NCBI GenBank assembly: GCA_949297805.1
Contig: CASFTG010000003.1
Coordinates: 132,473-196,472 of the forward strand
Direction: 5' to 3'
Origin: an uncultured bacterium
GTDB taxonomy: Bacteria > Bacillota_I > Bacilli_A > RFN20 > CAG-826
Length of the DNA: 64,000 nt
The position numbers and the translations under genes were made by a program. The notes beneath the pieces were generated by a model, which did no database searches, was not told the origin of the DNA, and saw nothing but the letters and a program-made list of their open reading frames with translations. Shown here in pieces: positions 29,028 through 38,575 of this stretch (its first letter is position 1; each line of letters starts with the position of its first letter).

Positions 29028-30420
29028 CGACATCAAGAAAATCGGCGAGGACTATAAATACGGTTTCAAGGATAAAGACGTCTCGGTCTTGAACACCGGC
29101 AAGGGCTTAACCGAAGACATCGTCAAGGAAATCAGCCAGCTTAAGGGCGAGCCCGAATGGATGACGGAGTTCCGCTTAAAGTCGTATCGGGCCTTCAAAG
29201 CTATGCCTATGCCTTCTTTCGGCCCGGACCTTTCCTTTTTGGATTTCGATTCTTACACCTATTTCACCCGTCCTTCCCAAAAAGAAGAGACTAGTTGGGA
29301 CGCGGTCCCCGAGACGATTAAGAACACCTTCTCCCGTTTAGGCATCCCCGAAGCCGAAGCCAAGTATTTAGCCGGGGTCTCGACCCAATACGAGTCGGAG
29401 GTCGTCTACCACAATATGTTAAAGGAAGTCCAAGATAAGGGAGTTATCTTCCTTTCGACCGATATGGCCCTTAAGACCTGCCCCGAAATATTTAAGAAAT
29501 ACTTCAATACCATCGTTCCTTTCGCCGACAACAAGTTCTCGGCCCTCAATGGGGCGGTGTGGTCCGGTGGTTCCTTCATCTATGTCCCCAAAGGCGTGCA
29601 TCTAGAGAAGCCTCTTCAATCCTATTTCCGGATTAACAACGAGAAATCAGGTCAATTCGAGCGGACCCTCATCATCGTCGATGACGGGGCCGACGTCCAT
29701 TACGTCGAAGGATGCACCGCCCCGATTTATTCGAAAGATTCCCTTCATGCGGCGGTGGTGGAAATTTACGTTGGCAAAAACGCCAAATGCCGTTATTCGA
29801 CCGTCCAGAACTGGAGCAACAACATTGTTAACCTTGTCACTAAAAGGGCTTATGTCGAAGAAGGCGGCTTGATGGAATGGATCGATGGCAATATCGGCTC
29901 GATGGTTAACATGAAATACCCGGGCTGCATCTTGGCGGGGGATAACGCCAAAGGCAACTGCATCTCGATCGCGGTGGCTGGCAAAGGCCAATACCAAGAC
30001 GCCGGGGCGCGGATGATCCATCTTGGCAAGAATACTTCCTCGACTATCATCTCCAAATCGATCGTCAAAGGCGGTGGGGTGGCTAATTACCGGGGCACCG
30101 TCCGCCATCACGAAGGGGCTAAGGGGGCCAAGTCCCACGTCGAATGCGATACCTTGATCCTCGACGATATCTCGACCTCTGATACCATCCCGACCAACGA
30201 GATCAAAAACGACGATTCCTATATCGAGCATGAGGCGACCGTTTCGAAAATATCCGAGGAACGGCTGTTTTATCTGATGAGCCGGGGCTTAAGCGAGCAA
30301 GAGGCGACCCAGATGATCGTCATGGGGTTCATTGAGCCCTTCTCCAGAGAATTGCCGATGGAATACGCGGTGGAACTCAACCAGCTGATCAAGCTGGATA
30401 TGGCGGGGTCGATAGGCTAG
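29020..30420 (+). CDS. sufB: Fe-S cluster assembly scaffold SufB
   Basis: 466 aa from the ATG at 29020 ([16 protein letters not shown]). Conserved SufB C-terminal β-helix. Confidence 0.9.
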   Translation: MNDDIKKIGEDYKYGFKDKDVSVLNTGKGLTEDIVKEISQLKGEPEWMTEFRLKSYRAFKAMPMPSFGPDLSFLDFDSYTYFTRPSQKEETSWDAVPETIKNTFSRLGIPEAEAKYLAGVSTQYESEVVYHNMLKEVQDKGVIFLSTDMALKTCPEIFKKYFNTIVPFADNKFSALNGAVWSGGSFIYVPKGVHLEKPLQSYFRINNEKSGQFERTLIIVDDGADVHYVEGCTAPIYSKDSLHAAVVEIYVGKNAKCRYSTVQNWSNNIVNLVTKRAYVEEGGLMEWIDGNIGSMVNMKYPGCILAGDNAKGNCISIAVAGKGQYQDAGARMIHLGKNTSSTIISKSIVKGGGVANYRGTVRHHEGAKGAKSHVECDTLILDDISTSDTIPTNEIKNDDSYIEHEATVSKISEERLFYLMSRGLSEQEATQMIVMGFIEPFSRELPMEYAVELNQLIKLDMAGSIG

Positions 30421-32297
30421 TGGACAATTTCTTTGACGTCATCGTCGTCGGCGGAGGCCATGCTGGGGTTGAGGCGGCCCGCGCGACCGCCCTCCGGGGT
30501 TTTAAGACCGCCCTCATCACCTTGAACAAGAAGATGATCGCCAATATGCCCTGCAATCCCCATATCGGGGGTTCGGCCAAGGGGATCGTCGTTCGGGAAA
30601 TCGACGCCTTAGGCGGCTTGATGGGGGTTGCCGCCGATCATCGTCCCCTCCAGATGAAGATGCTCAATACCGGCAAAGGCCCGGGGGTCCAATGCCTCCG
30701 GAGCCAGCAGGATAAGCATGGTTATCCGGCCTTCGTCCAAAGCGTCCTCGACACGATTCCCAATCTCTTTATCATCGAAGACGAGGTTAAAGCCCTTTCC
30801 CATATTGATAAGCGGGTCAATGGTGTTTTCGCAGCAAAGAACGGACTTTTGCAATCGAAAGTCGTTATTTTGACTACCGGGACTTACTTGGATTCGGCCA
30901 TTATATCCGGCTCAAGCTCCTACCCTGGCGGGCCGGACGGCGAAGCGGCTTCGATTGGTTTAGCCGCCTCGCTTAATGATTTGGGAGTTAAGACTTTTCG
31001 CCTCAAGACCGGCACCCCGCCGCGGCTTGATAAGAAGACCATCGATTTCTCGAAAGCCGAGATTCAATTAGGGAGCGATGAGGCCTTACGTTTTTCCTAC
31101 GCGACCACCCATTTCACCCCGCTTAAAGACCAGCTGCCGTGCTATCTAATCTATACCACTCCCGACACCATTAAGTTGATTAAAGATCATCTAAATGAGT
31201 CGGCTTTGTTCAATGGGCTCATCCATAGCTCGGGCCCCCGTTATTGCCCTTCGATTGAAAGCAAGGTCGTCCGCTTCGCCGACAAACCCCGCCATCAATT
31301 GTTTTTAGAACCGGAATTTGCTGATGGCGATTCGGTTTATCTCCAAGGGTTCTCGACCGGGATGCCGCATGAGTTGCAGGAAAGAATGGTCCATACTCTG
31401 CCGGGCTTAGAGAAAGCCAAACTATTGAAATACGCCTATCAGATCGAATATGAGGCCTTATGCCCCTTGCAATTCGATGCTTCATTGAAGGTTAAAGCGG
31501 TCGAAGGTCTTTACTGCGCCGGGCAGATTTGCGGGACCTCGGGGTATGAAGAGGCGGCGGGTTTGGGCTTAATGGCCGGGATCAACGCCGGGAACGAATT
31601 GCTTGGCCTCCCGAAATTCATCCTCTCCCGCGATGAAGCCTACATCGGGGTCATGATCGATGATTTAGTGACCAAAGGGGCCGATGAGCCGTACCGGCTT
31701 TTGACCTCAAGAGCCGAGCACCGGTTGCTTTTAAGGCACGACAACGCCGACGCCCGCTTAACCGAATATGGCCATCGTTATGGGCTTATCAACGAGGAGA
31801 GGTATGCCGCCTACAAAGGCAAGATGAGGCGCATCGAGCAGGCCATTTCGATCTTGAAGGAAGACCTCGTCGATGACCGGGAAGGGCTCAATGCTTATTT
31901 GGTAGAAAATGGCTTTCCGGCGACCAATCAGGGGTATCGGGGAATCGAAATTTTGAAGCGTCCCCATTTCTCCTATGCCCGGCTGGCTCCCCTGATGAAC
32001 CGGCTAAAAGAACTGAATCTCGATTATGATGAGATCCTTTCGGTCGAGACCAAGGTCAAATACGAAGGCTACATCGCTAAAGAGGAAGCGGCGATTGAAA
32101 GCAGCCGAAAAAAAGAAGGGCTGGCTTTATCCCCGTCTATCGATTATCTCCACATGGATGGGTTAAGATTAGAGGCGCGGCAGAAACTCAATCAGGTCCG
32201 TCCCCTCTCGATCGGGGAGGCGAGCCGGATCCCCGGGGTCAATCCGGCCGATGTCGCCATTCTCTTGCTGAAATTAAAGGAAAAAGCCCATGGATGA
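30420..32297 (+). CDS. mnmG: tRNA uridine 5-carboxymethylaminomethyl modification enzyme MnmG (GidA)
   Basis: FAD motif DVIVVGGGHAGVEAA. 625 aa. GTG start overlapping the last base of the sufB stop. Confidence 0.9.
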   Translation: MDNFFDVIVVGGGHAGVEAARATALRGFKTALITLNKKMIANMPCNPHIGGSAKGIVVREIDALGGLMGVAADHRPLQMKMLNTGKGPGVQCLRSQQDKHGYPAFVQSVLDTIPNLFIIEDEVKALSHIDKRVNGVFAAKNGLLQSKVVILTTGTYLDSAIISGSSSYPGGPDGEAASIGLAASLNDLGVKTFRLKTGTPPRLDKKTIDFSKAEIQLGSDEALRFSYATTHFTPLKDQLPCYLIYTTPDTIKLIKDHLNESALFNGLIHSSGPRYCPSIESKVVRFADKPRHQLFLEPEFADGDSVYLQGFSTGMPHELQERMVHTLPGLEKAKLLKYAYQIEYEALCPLQFDASLKVKAVEGLYCAGQICGTSGYEEAAGLGLMAGINAGNELLGLPKFILSRDEAYIGVMIDDLVTKGADEPYRLLTSRAEHRLLLRHDNADARLTEYGHRYGLINEERYAAYKGKMRRIEQAISILKEDLVDDREGLNAYLVENGFPATNQGYRGIEILKRPHFSYARLAPLMNRLKELNLDYDEILSVETKVKYEGYIAKEEAAIESSRKKEGLALSPSIDYLHMDGLRLEARQKLNQVRPLSIGEASRIPGVNPADVAILLLKLKEKAHG

Positions 32298-32991
32298 AGC
32301 CAATCTCAAAGCCGTTCTCCAATCCGAGGGAATCGACCTCCCGGAGTCTTTTTTCGTTAAGCTTCCGGTGTATGCTCGTTTATTAGCCGAATGGAATGAG
32401 AAGATGAATTTGACCGCCATCACCGAGAGCGGGGCGGTCTATGAAAAGCACTTCCTCGATTGCTTGTTGCTGCTTAAAAACCGGGACCTTAATAACAAAG
32501 CCCTTTGTGACTTGGGTTCGGGGGCGGGCTTCCCGGGGATGCTTTTAGCTTTGGCGGTCCCTTCGGCTAAAGTCACCCTGGTCGATGCGACGAAAAAGAA
32601 GTTCATTTTTCTTGAGGAAGTTAAGAAAACCCTGCAAATCCCCAACGTCGAATTCCATATTGGCCGGGCGGAAGATATGAAAGAGTTCCGGGAGTATTTC
32701 GATATTTTGACTTGCCGCGGATTCGCCGCCTTGAATATTTTCCTTGAGGTCGCGGCTCCGCTTACCAAACGGGGCGGGACGATCCTCGCCATGAAAGGGG
32801 CAAAGGCGGAAGAGGAACTAGACCAAGCGCAGAAAGCTATCCGGAAGCTGAACCTCAAATTCAATGGGGCCGACCGCTTTGTCCTCCCGGAATGCCAAGA
32901 AACCCGGATTGAGCTTTCGTTTAAGAAAACTGGCCCGACCGACAAGAAATACCCGCGGCCTTGGAAAGACATCCTGGAGCGACCCCTATGA
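32290..32991 (+). CDS. rsmG: 16S rRNA (guanine527-N7)-methyltransferase RsmG (GidB)
   Basis: SAM motif DLGSGAGFPG. Lies between mnmG and parA. Confidence 0.9.
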   Translation: MDEANLKAVLQSEGIDLPESFFVKLPVYARLLAEWNEKMNLTAITESGAVYEKHFLDCLLLLKNRDLNNKALCDLGSGAGFPGMLLALAVPSAKVTLVDATKKKFIFLEEVKKTLQIPNVEFHIGRAEDMKEFREYFDILTCRGFAALNIFLEVAAPLTKRGGTILAMKGAKAEEELDQAQKAIRKLNLKFNGADRFVLPECQETRIELSFKKTGPTDKKYPRPWKDILERPL

Positions 32992-33761
32992 GCCGGATCA
33001 TCGCTATCGCCAATCAAAAAGGCGGGGTCGGGAAGACGACGACCGCCATTAACCTATCCTCGGCGTTAGGGTCTTTAAACCGGAAAGTTTTGCTGATCGA
33101 TATGGACCCGCAAGGTAACTCGGCCCGGGGGTATGGGGTCGACATCGCCTTGGTCGAAAACACCATCTTCGAGGTCTTGTCGGGGAAAGTGGCCGCTAAG
33201 GACGCCATCCTCGAAAGCGGTATCCTTAACGTCGACCTTTTGCCTTCCAATCTTCGTTTAGCGACCTTAGAAGCCTCCTTGGTTTCCTCACCCCAAGCCA
33301 ATGCGTTCGGACTATTGGGCCAAGCGCTTTCCTCAATTAAAGACGATTACGACTATTTGATCATCGATTGTCCGCCTTCCTTAGGGGCCTTAAGTCTTAA
33401 TGCTTTGACTTGCTCCTCTTCGGTCATCATTCCGGTCCAATGCGAATACTTCGCCATGGAAGCGGTCGGGGCGATCCTCTCCTCCATTAGCAACGTTCAG
33501 CGGCGCCTTAATCCCGAATTGAAGATCGAGGGGTTCCTCCTCACTATGTATGATGCCCGGACCCAATTAGGGGCGGAGATCTCGGCCGAGGTGCGGTCGC
33601 TATTCAAGGAGAATACTTTCCTAACCTCGATCCCACGGAATCAATCGATCGTTGATTCCCAAGCTTCCCAAACCCCGGTCACTTCCTTTAAACCCTCCTC
33701 TTCCGGGGCCGCGGCTTATTTCTCCTTAGCCCGCGAGGTCATCGACCATGAGCAAAGGTAA
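32988..33761 (+). CDS. parA: Chromosome partitioning ATPase ParA/Soj
   Basis: Deviant Walker A KGGVGKTT. The ATG at 32988 overlaps the rsmG stop. Confidence 0.9.
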   Translation: MSRIIAIANQKGGVGKTTTAINLSSALGSLNRKVLLIDMDPQGNSARGYGVDIALVENTIFEVLSGKVAAKDAILESGILNVDLLPSNLRLATLEASLVSSPQANAFGLLGQALSSIKDDYDYLIIDCPPSLGALSLNALTCSSSVIIPVQCEYFAMEAVGAILSSISNVQRRLNPELKIEGFLLTMYDARTQLGAEISAEVRSLFKENTFLTSIPRNQSIVDSQASQTPVTSFKPSSSGAAAYFSLAREVIDHEQR

Positions 33762-34593
33762 GCCGAAGAAGGGGATGCCTTCCCTTAGCGACCTGATTGA
33801 ACGCTTCTCCCAAGAAGACGTCATCGCGGTCATGGAGAAGGAGTATCAAAGCGCCCCGACCAAGCTTATCCCTTCCTCCCTGATTGACGATACCTCCTAT
33901 ATCCGCGATGTCTTAGTCCCGGAGGAGACGATTGAAACCTTCGCCTCTGGTTTAAAAGAAAAAGGTTTTTACAATCCGTTGGTCGTCCGAAGTCTTGGCG
34001 AACGTTACGAATTGATCTTGGGCCGGAAAAGGTTTTTAGGGGCCAAACGGGCTGGCATCCTCTCTTTGCCTTGCGTCATTGTCAACGTCGGCGATGAAGA
34101 AGAGTTATTGATGTTGCTGGCCGATACCCGTGACCAGCGCGATACCAACGTGGTCGAACTCGGGCTTATCTGCTTAGCCTTGCAAAAGCAATTTGGCTAT
34201 ACCCAAAAGACCTTGGCTGATCTGACCCACCAATCACGTTCCCAAATCACCAATATCCTTAGGATCATGAAACTTCCAGTCGAGATTCGAAACGATATTT
34301 GCCTTGGCCTCCTTTCTTATGGCCATGCCAAAGCCTTGGCTTCCTTGCCTAGCGAGCAAGTCCTCGACTGCGCCCGCCAAATCAAACAAGGTCGCCTATC
34401 AGTTCGCGATGCCGAAGGGCTGGTCCGGGCTGGCCGCAAGCTCATCACCCCGAAGCAGGAGAAGGCATTGTTAGCTAAATATCCCGCCGCCTCCGAAGTT
34501 TCGATTCAGGCCAAGTCGGTTACCTTCCGCTTCCCGAGTCCGAAAGAGAGAGAACGGTTTGTCTTAAAATTGCTCAAAAGTAAGAATAAATGA
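33748..34593 (+). CDS. parB: ParB/Spo0J-family partition protein
   Basis: ParB N-domain (GRKRFLGAKRAG, a variant of the GERRxRAA box). HTH at QKTLADLTHQSRSQITNILRI. Confidence 0.85.
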   Translation: MSKGKPKKGMPSLSDLIERFSQEDVIAVMEKEYQSAPTKLIPSSLIDDTSYIRDVLVPEETIETFASGLKEKGFYNPLVVRSLGERYELILGRKRFLGAKRAGILSLPCVIVNVGDEEELLMLLADTRDQRDTNVVELGLICLALQKQFGYTQKTLADLTHQSRSQITNILRIMKLPVEIRNDICLGLLSYGHAKALASLPSEQVLDCARQIKQGRLSVRDAEGLVRAGRKLITPKQEKALLAKYPAASEVSIQAKSVTFRFPSPKERERFVLKLLKSKNK

Positions 34594-34620
34594 TTGACCT
34601 CTTGACAAGCGGTCTATAAT
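34594..34620 (+). promoter_or_regulatory. Candidate promoter driving the riboswitch and ribU
   Basis: TTGACC, 15-nt spacer, TATAAT (34615-34620). The spacer is short. An overlapping TTGACA lies at 34602. Confidence 0.4.
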
Positions 34621-34776
34621 AAGGACGCTTCAGGGCGACGAGAATTACGTCGACTGGCGGTAAAAGCCCGCGAGCGAAAGCACGAATCGGTGGAACTCCG
34701 ATGCCAACGGTACAGTCCGGATGATAGAAGTGACCGAACTATGTCATTTTCCTCCCCTGAGCCGGAGGATTTTTTA
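34621..34776 (+). ncRNA. FMN riboswitch (RFN element) with a terminator/RBS-sequestering hairpin
   Basis: The conserved RFN blocks are present: GACGAGAATTACGTCGACTGGCGGTAAAAGCCCGCGAGCG, GGTGGAACTCCG, GCCAACGGTACAGTCCGGATGATAGAAG. The hairpin CCTCCCCTGAGCCGGAGGA plus a T7 run pairs with the GGAGGA RBS. Confidence 0.8.
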
Positions 34777-35475
34777 ATGGATTCGAACCAAATCAACGCC
34801 ATACTCGCCATCGTGATGGCCTTCGTCTTGCTCGCGGCCTCGTTCCGTTTCTTCGGGACTTATAAAGAGAGTGCGAAATTCAACTCGACCCGCTTCATCG
34901 CTCGGGTCGCGGTGTTTGGGGCCTTCTCGGCGATTCTTTACGTCGTTCCGATCTTTACCATCAATCTGCCCTTTTTCCCGTCTTTTTTGTCCTTGCACTT
35001 CGATGAGATCCCGGCCTTCATCGCTGGCTTTGCCTATGGCCCTTTAAGCGGGCTTTCGGTCATTCTTATCAAAACCCTTATTAAATTGCCGATGACCTCA
35101 ACTGTCGGGGTCGGGGAATTGACCGATCTATTGTTATCGGGGGCTTATGTCGGGATCGCTGCCTTTATCTATAAGAAGAAACGGAACCTTAAAGGGGTGG
35201 CGATTGGCTTTGGGGCGGCCACCGCCTTCCAAATTACCTTTGCCATGGTCCTCAACGTCTATTTGATGATCCCTTTCTATATGAATCTTTACGGAATCAA
35301 TGAAGCCGGGTTATTGGGAGTGATGCAACTCGCCAATCCGGCGATTAAGGACATCGGCTGGAGCTATGCCCTCTTCGCCGTGCTCCCTTTCAATGCCTTA
35401 AAAGACGTGGTGGTGATCGTCGTCACTTTCTTCGTCTACCGGTCGATCCACAAATTGCTTCGGTTCGAAAAGTAA
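34777..35475 (+). CDS. ribU: ECF-transporter S component, probably the riboflavin transporter RibU
   Basis: 233-aa hydrophobic protein with about six TMs, directly downstream of the FMN riboswitch. The GGAGGA RBS lies 7 nt upstream. Confidence 0.7.
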   Translation: MDSNQINAILAIVMAFVLLAASFRFFGTYKESAKFNSTRFIARVAVFGAFSAILYVVPIFTINLPFFPSFLSLHFDEIPAFIAGFAYGPLSGLSVILIKTLIKLPMTSTVGVGELTDLLLSGAYVGIAAFIYKKKRNLKGVAIGFGAATAFQITFAMVLNVYLMIPFYMNLYGINEAGLLGVMQLANPAIKDIGWSYALFAVLPFNALKDVVVIVVTFFVYRSIHKLLRFEK

Positions 35476-35477
35476 AA

Positions 35478-35510
35478 GAAAAACCCGAATGAATCGGGCT
35501 TTTTGATTTT
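35478..35510. terminator. Bidirectional intrinsic terminator between ribU (+) and the ferredoxin gene (-)
   Basis: AAAAACCCGAATGAATCGGGCTTTTT: an A-tract, a hairpin, then a T-tract. Confidence 0.6.
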
Positions 35511-35523
35511 TTTGGAAGACTTA

Positions 35524-35703
35524 TTATTCTTCGGTGATGGCCTGGACCGGGCAGTTGGCGATGGCGTCGGCGGCGCTATCATCATCAGCTTCGGCGATGG
35601 CTTCGGCTTTATTGTCGGCATTGATGGCGAAGACATCACCGTGGGTGCCGGCGCAAAGGCCGCAGCCGATGCAGAGATCTTGATCAACTTTGAGTTTCTT
35701 CAT
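35524..35703 (-). CDS. Small [4Fe-4S]/[3Fe-4S]-type ferredoxin (59 aa)
   Basis: MKKLKVDQDLCIGCGLCAGT ... ANCPVQAI. A GGAGGA RBS precedes the ATG at 35703. I reject the longer ORF-track start. Confidence 0.75.
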   Translation of the reverse strand: MKKLKVDQDLCIGCGLCAGTHGDVFAINADNKAEAIAEADDDSAADAIANCPVQAITEE

Positions 35704-35872
35704 GAAATGTAATCCTCCACTCAACGGGGGCATTATAGTGCAGCCTCCCAAAGCAAGCAAAGGAAAAAGCGACATACAAAGTTAAATTAAATTAACAATA
35801 AATCAATTTAGAGGGTGATTTAACTGGTCTATACCGCTACAATAGGGGCGAACTTTTTCGGAGGTACTTAAA

Positions 35873-36100
35873 ATGAAATGGTTCAATAAGCAATCGCGGC
35901 TCGTTCAGATTCTTCTTCTCTTGATCCCGTTTGTCAACTGGGTCACCGAGTTGGTCGTCCGCTGGACCGCCTTCCTTGAGAAGCCTGGCGTCATCCGCCT
36001 CATCCTTGCCATCATTGCCATCCCTGGCCTTGGCATTATCATGGGCTGGATCGACCTCATCTGGGTCATTCTATTCAATCATCTTGCCTTCGCGAAATAG
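35873..36100 (+). CDS. Small hypothetical membrane protein (75 aa, two TMs)
   Basis: GGAGGT RBS. Hydrophobic helices (ILLLLIPFVNWV; ILAIIAIPGLGIIMGWIDLIWVIL). Confidence 0.5.
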   Translation: MKWFNKQSRLVQILLLLIPFVNWVTELVVRWTAFLEKPGVIRLILAIIAIPGLGIIMGWIDLIWVILFNHLAFAK

Positions 36101-36138
36101 GTTAGCAACCGTTCGCGCATTAGCCTATACTAGGCTAG

Positions 36139-36450
36139 ATGGAAACGAGGAAGGAACGGCACGCCAAATACCGCCAGAAGATTCTGGCTTTGCCTTCGAG
36201 CGCTTTCGCCCCCAATGGCAAGTATCTCGCCGAATGGCGGGACCTCGGCGCGGTCGCCCCTTCCTCTTCTTCGATTTCCTATTCCGGCGATCGGATGGGA
36301 AGTTTCAACAATCTTGAGCCGGAGGAGAATTCCACTCCTTACCGGCTTTATTTAAAGCGGCGTGGCGTCCATCTTGCCCTCAAGCTCATCTTCCTTGGCC
36401 TCGGGATCGCCATCTTGATCGCCGCCTATTTTCTTTTATTGTGGGAGTGA
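36139..36450 (+). CDS. Hypothetical protein with a C-terminal TM anchor (103 aa)
   Basis: ORF with a C-terminal hydrophobic segment (LALKLIFLGLGIAILIAAYFLLLW), directly upstream of cmk. No recognisable family. Confidence 0.4.
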   Translation: METRKERHAKYRQKILALPSSAFAPNGKYLAEWRDLGAVAPSSSSISYSGDRMGSFNNLEPEENSTPYRLYLKRRGVHLALKLIFLGLGIAILIAAYFLLLWE

Positions 36451-36453
36451 ACT

Positions 36454-37137
36454 ATGAATAAAGCCATCTCCATTGCCATCGATGGGCCGGCCGCCGCCGG
36501 CAAAAGCACCGTCGCCAAGCTGGTCGCCAAAGCTCTGGGCTTCGTCTATATCGACACCGGGGCGATGTATCGGGCTTTTACCTATGCCGTCTTGAAAAAA
36601 GGGCTTAACCCGGAAGACGAAAAGCAGGCCTGCTCGATCATCGATGAGGTCAAAATCGAATTGCTCCCTGGTTATATAGTCAAATGCAATGGGGAGGACG
36701 TGACCAAAGCCATCCGCGAGGTCGATGTCTCCTCTAACGTCTCCTATATCGCTTCCTATAAGGATATCCGTTTAGCCTTGGTCAAGATGCAGCGGAAGAT
36801 GGCGGAGAAAGTCTCTGTTGTCATGGATGGCCGGGACATCGGAACTTACGTTTTGCCTCATGCTGACGTTAAAATCTTCCAGATTGCTTCAGTCGAGACC
36901 AGAGCCCAACGGCGTTATGAAGAAAACCTCAGCAAAGCGATCCCAACTTCCTTTGAAGACGTCTGCGCTGATCTAAGAAAACGGGACTTCATTGATTCCC
37001 ATCGCGATTTCGCGCCTTTAAAGCAAGCGGCCGATGCCATCCCCCTCGATACCTCGAACATGAGCATCGAGGAAGTGGTCGACGCCATCCTTGATATCAT
37101 CGAGGAGAAAACGGGGGTCAAGCGGCTATGCCATTAG
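36454..37137 (+). CDS. cmk: Cytidylate kinase
   Basis: P-loop IAIDGPAAAGKST. CMP-binding region. Confidence 0.9.
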   Translation: MNKAISIAIDGPAAAGKSTVAKLVAKALGFVYIDTGAMYRAFTYAVLKKGLNPEDEKQACSIIDEVKIELLPGYIVKCNGEDVTKAIREVDVSSNVSYIASYKDIRLALVKMQRKMAEKVSVVMDGRDIGTYVLPHADVKIFQIASVETRAQRRYEENLSKAIPTSFEDVCADLRKRDFIDSHRDFAPLKQAADAIPLDTSNMSIEEVVDAILDIIEEKTGVKRLCH

Positions 37138-38432
37138 GCTTAGTAGCCCTTGTCGGGGCGCCCAACGTCGGCAAATCGACTATCTTCAACCGGATGGTGG
37201 GGCAACGTTCCTCCATCGTCGAGGATACCCCGGGCGTGACCCGTGACCGACTTTACGGGACCGGGGAATGGCTGACGAGGAAATTCCGCGTCGTCGACAC
37301 CGGCGGGGTTGAGATCAAGAATGCCCCCTTCCAAACCGAGATTCGGGCCCAGGTTCAAATCGCCATCGAAGAAGCCGACGTCATCGTCTTCGTCGTCGAT
37401 GGGAAGATGGGTTTAAGCGGCGATGACAAAGCGGTTGCCCGAATGCTTTATCAGTCAGGCAAGCCGGTTATCTTGGCCGTCAATAAGATCGATAACATCG
37501 AAATGGTCGCCGATTCGAGCGAATTCTATGCTTTGGGTTTAGGCGACCCGTTAGTCGTCTCTGGGGCCCATGGCATCGGGATCGGGGACTTATTGGATAA
37601 GATCATTTCTTTACTCCCGAACAAAGAGGATGAGGAATACCCCGATAGCATCGCCTTCTCCTTCATCGGAAGGCCGAACGTCGGGAAATCCAGTTTAACC
37701 AACGCGGTCCTCGGGGAGAACCGGGTCATCGTCAATAGCTTAGCCGGGACGACCCGCGATTCCATCGATACCCCCTTTTCAACCGATGAGGGCAATTTCG
37801 TCGCCATCGACACCGCTGGCTTGGTCAAACGCGGTCGAATTTACGAATCGATCGATAAATACGCCGCCTTGCGGGCGATGCGGGCCATCGATCGAAGTCA
37901 GGTCGCTGTCTTAGTCATCGATGCCGAAAAAGGGATCCTTGATCAAGACCGCCATGTCGCGGGCTATGCTCTTGAGGCAAAAAAGGCCATCGTTATCGTG
38001 GTCAATAAATGGGACGCCGCCCCCAAAGGGTTGATGCAGCAGCAATTCGAGGAGGAGATCCGGACCCGTTTTAAGTTCCTCTCGTTTGCGAAAGTCATAT
38101 TCTGCTCAGCCAAAACCGGTCGGAACGTCCAAGCCATTTTGCCGGCGGTTAAGGAAGCCTACGAAGCCTCGACCCGCCGGGTCCCGACCTCGATCCTCAA
38201 TCAGATCATTCAGGATGCTCAGCAGATGAACCCGACCCCGGAGTTCAACCATGGCCGGTTGAAGATTGTCTTTGCTTCCCAGGTTAGCGTCAATCCCCCG
38301 ACCTTCGTCTGCTTCTGCAACGATCCTCATTTCGCCCACTTTTCCTATACCCGTTATCTAGAAAACCGTTTACGGGAAAGTTTCGATTTCACCGGCACTC
38401 CGCTGAATATAATTTACCGTCAAAGAACGTGA
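37128..38432 (+). CDS. der: Ribosome-biogenesis GTPase Der (EngA), tandem GTPase domains + KH
   Basis: Two G1 motifs (GAPNVGKST and GRPNVGKSS), DTAG twice, NKxD twice. Confidence 0.9.
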   Translation: MPLGLVALVGAPNVGKSTIFNRMVGQRSSIVEDTPGVTRDRLYGTGEWLTRKFRVVDTGGVEIKNAPFQTEIRAQVQIAIEEADVIVFVVDGKMGLSGDDKAVARMLYQSGKPVILAVNKIDNIEMVADSSEFYALGLGDPLVVSGAHGIGIGDLLDKIISLLPNKEDEEYPDSIAFSFIGRPNVGKSSLTNAVLGENRVIVNSLAGTTRDSIDTPFSTDEGNFVAIDTAGLVKRGRIYESIDKYAALRAMRAIDRSQVAVLVIDAEKGILDQDRHVAGYALEAKKAIVIVVNKWDAAPKGLMQQQFEEEIRTRFKFLSFAKVIFCSAKTGRNVQAILPAVKEAYEASTRRVPTSILNQIIQDAQQMNPTPEFNHGRLKIVFASQVSVNPPTFVCFCNDPHFAHFSYTRYLENRLRESFDFTGTPLNIIYRQRT

Positions 38433-38575
38433 CTTCCCCTTCCATTGGCCGATTTCTTTCTTTTATATAAAAGAAAAGAGGGGAAAGTAAAACAAATTCA
38501 TAAAGATTTATTGCAAAACCTCCGATGGAATGGTACTTTTATGCTAATATCAGCCATTAGGAGGTTAGATAACAC

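Noticed and set aside
29647-30231. 194-aa minus-strand ORF inside sufB.
   Set aside because: Antisense to highly conserved sufB. Spurious.
34779-34789. Minus-strand GGTTCGAATCC, a tRNA T-loop-like motif.
   Set aside because: The flanking sequence forms no acceptor, D or anticodon arms (the T-stem would have only 3 bp). The site is the ribU start codon region directly after the FMN riboswitch, so it is coincidental.
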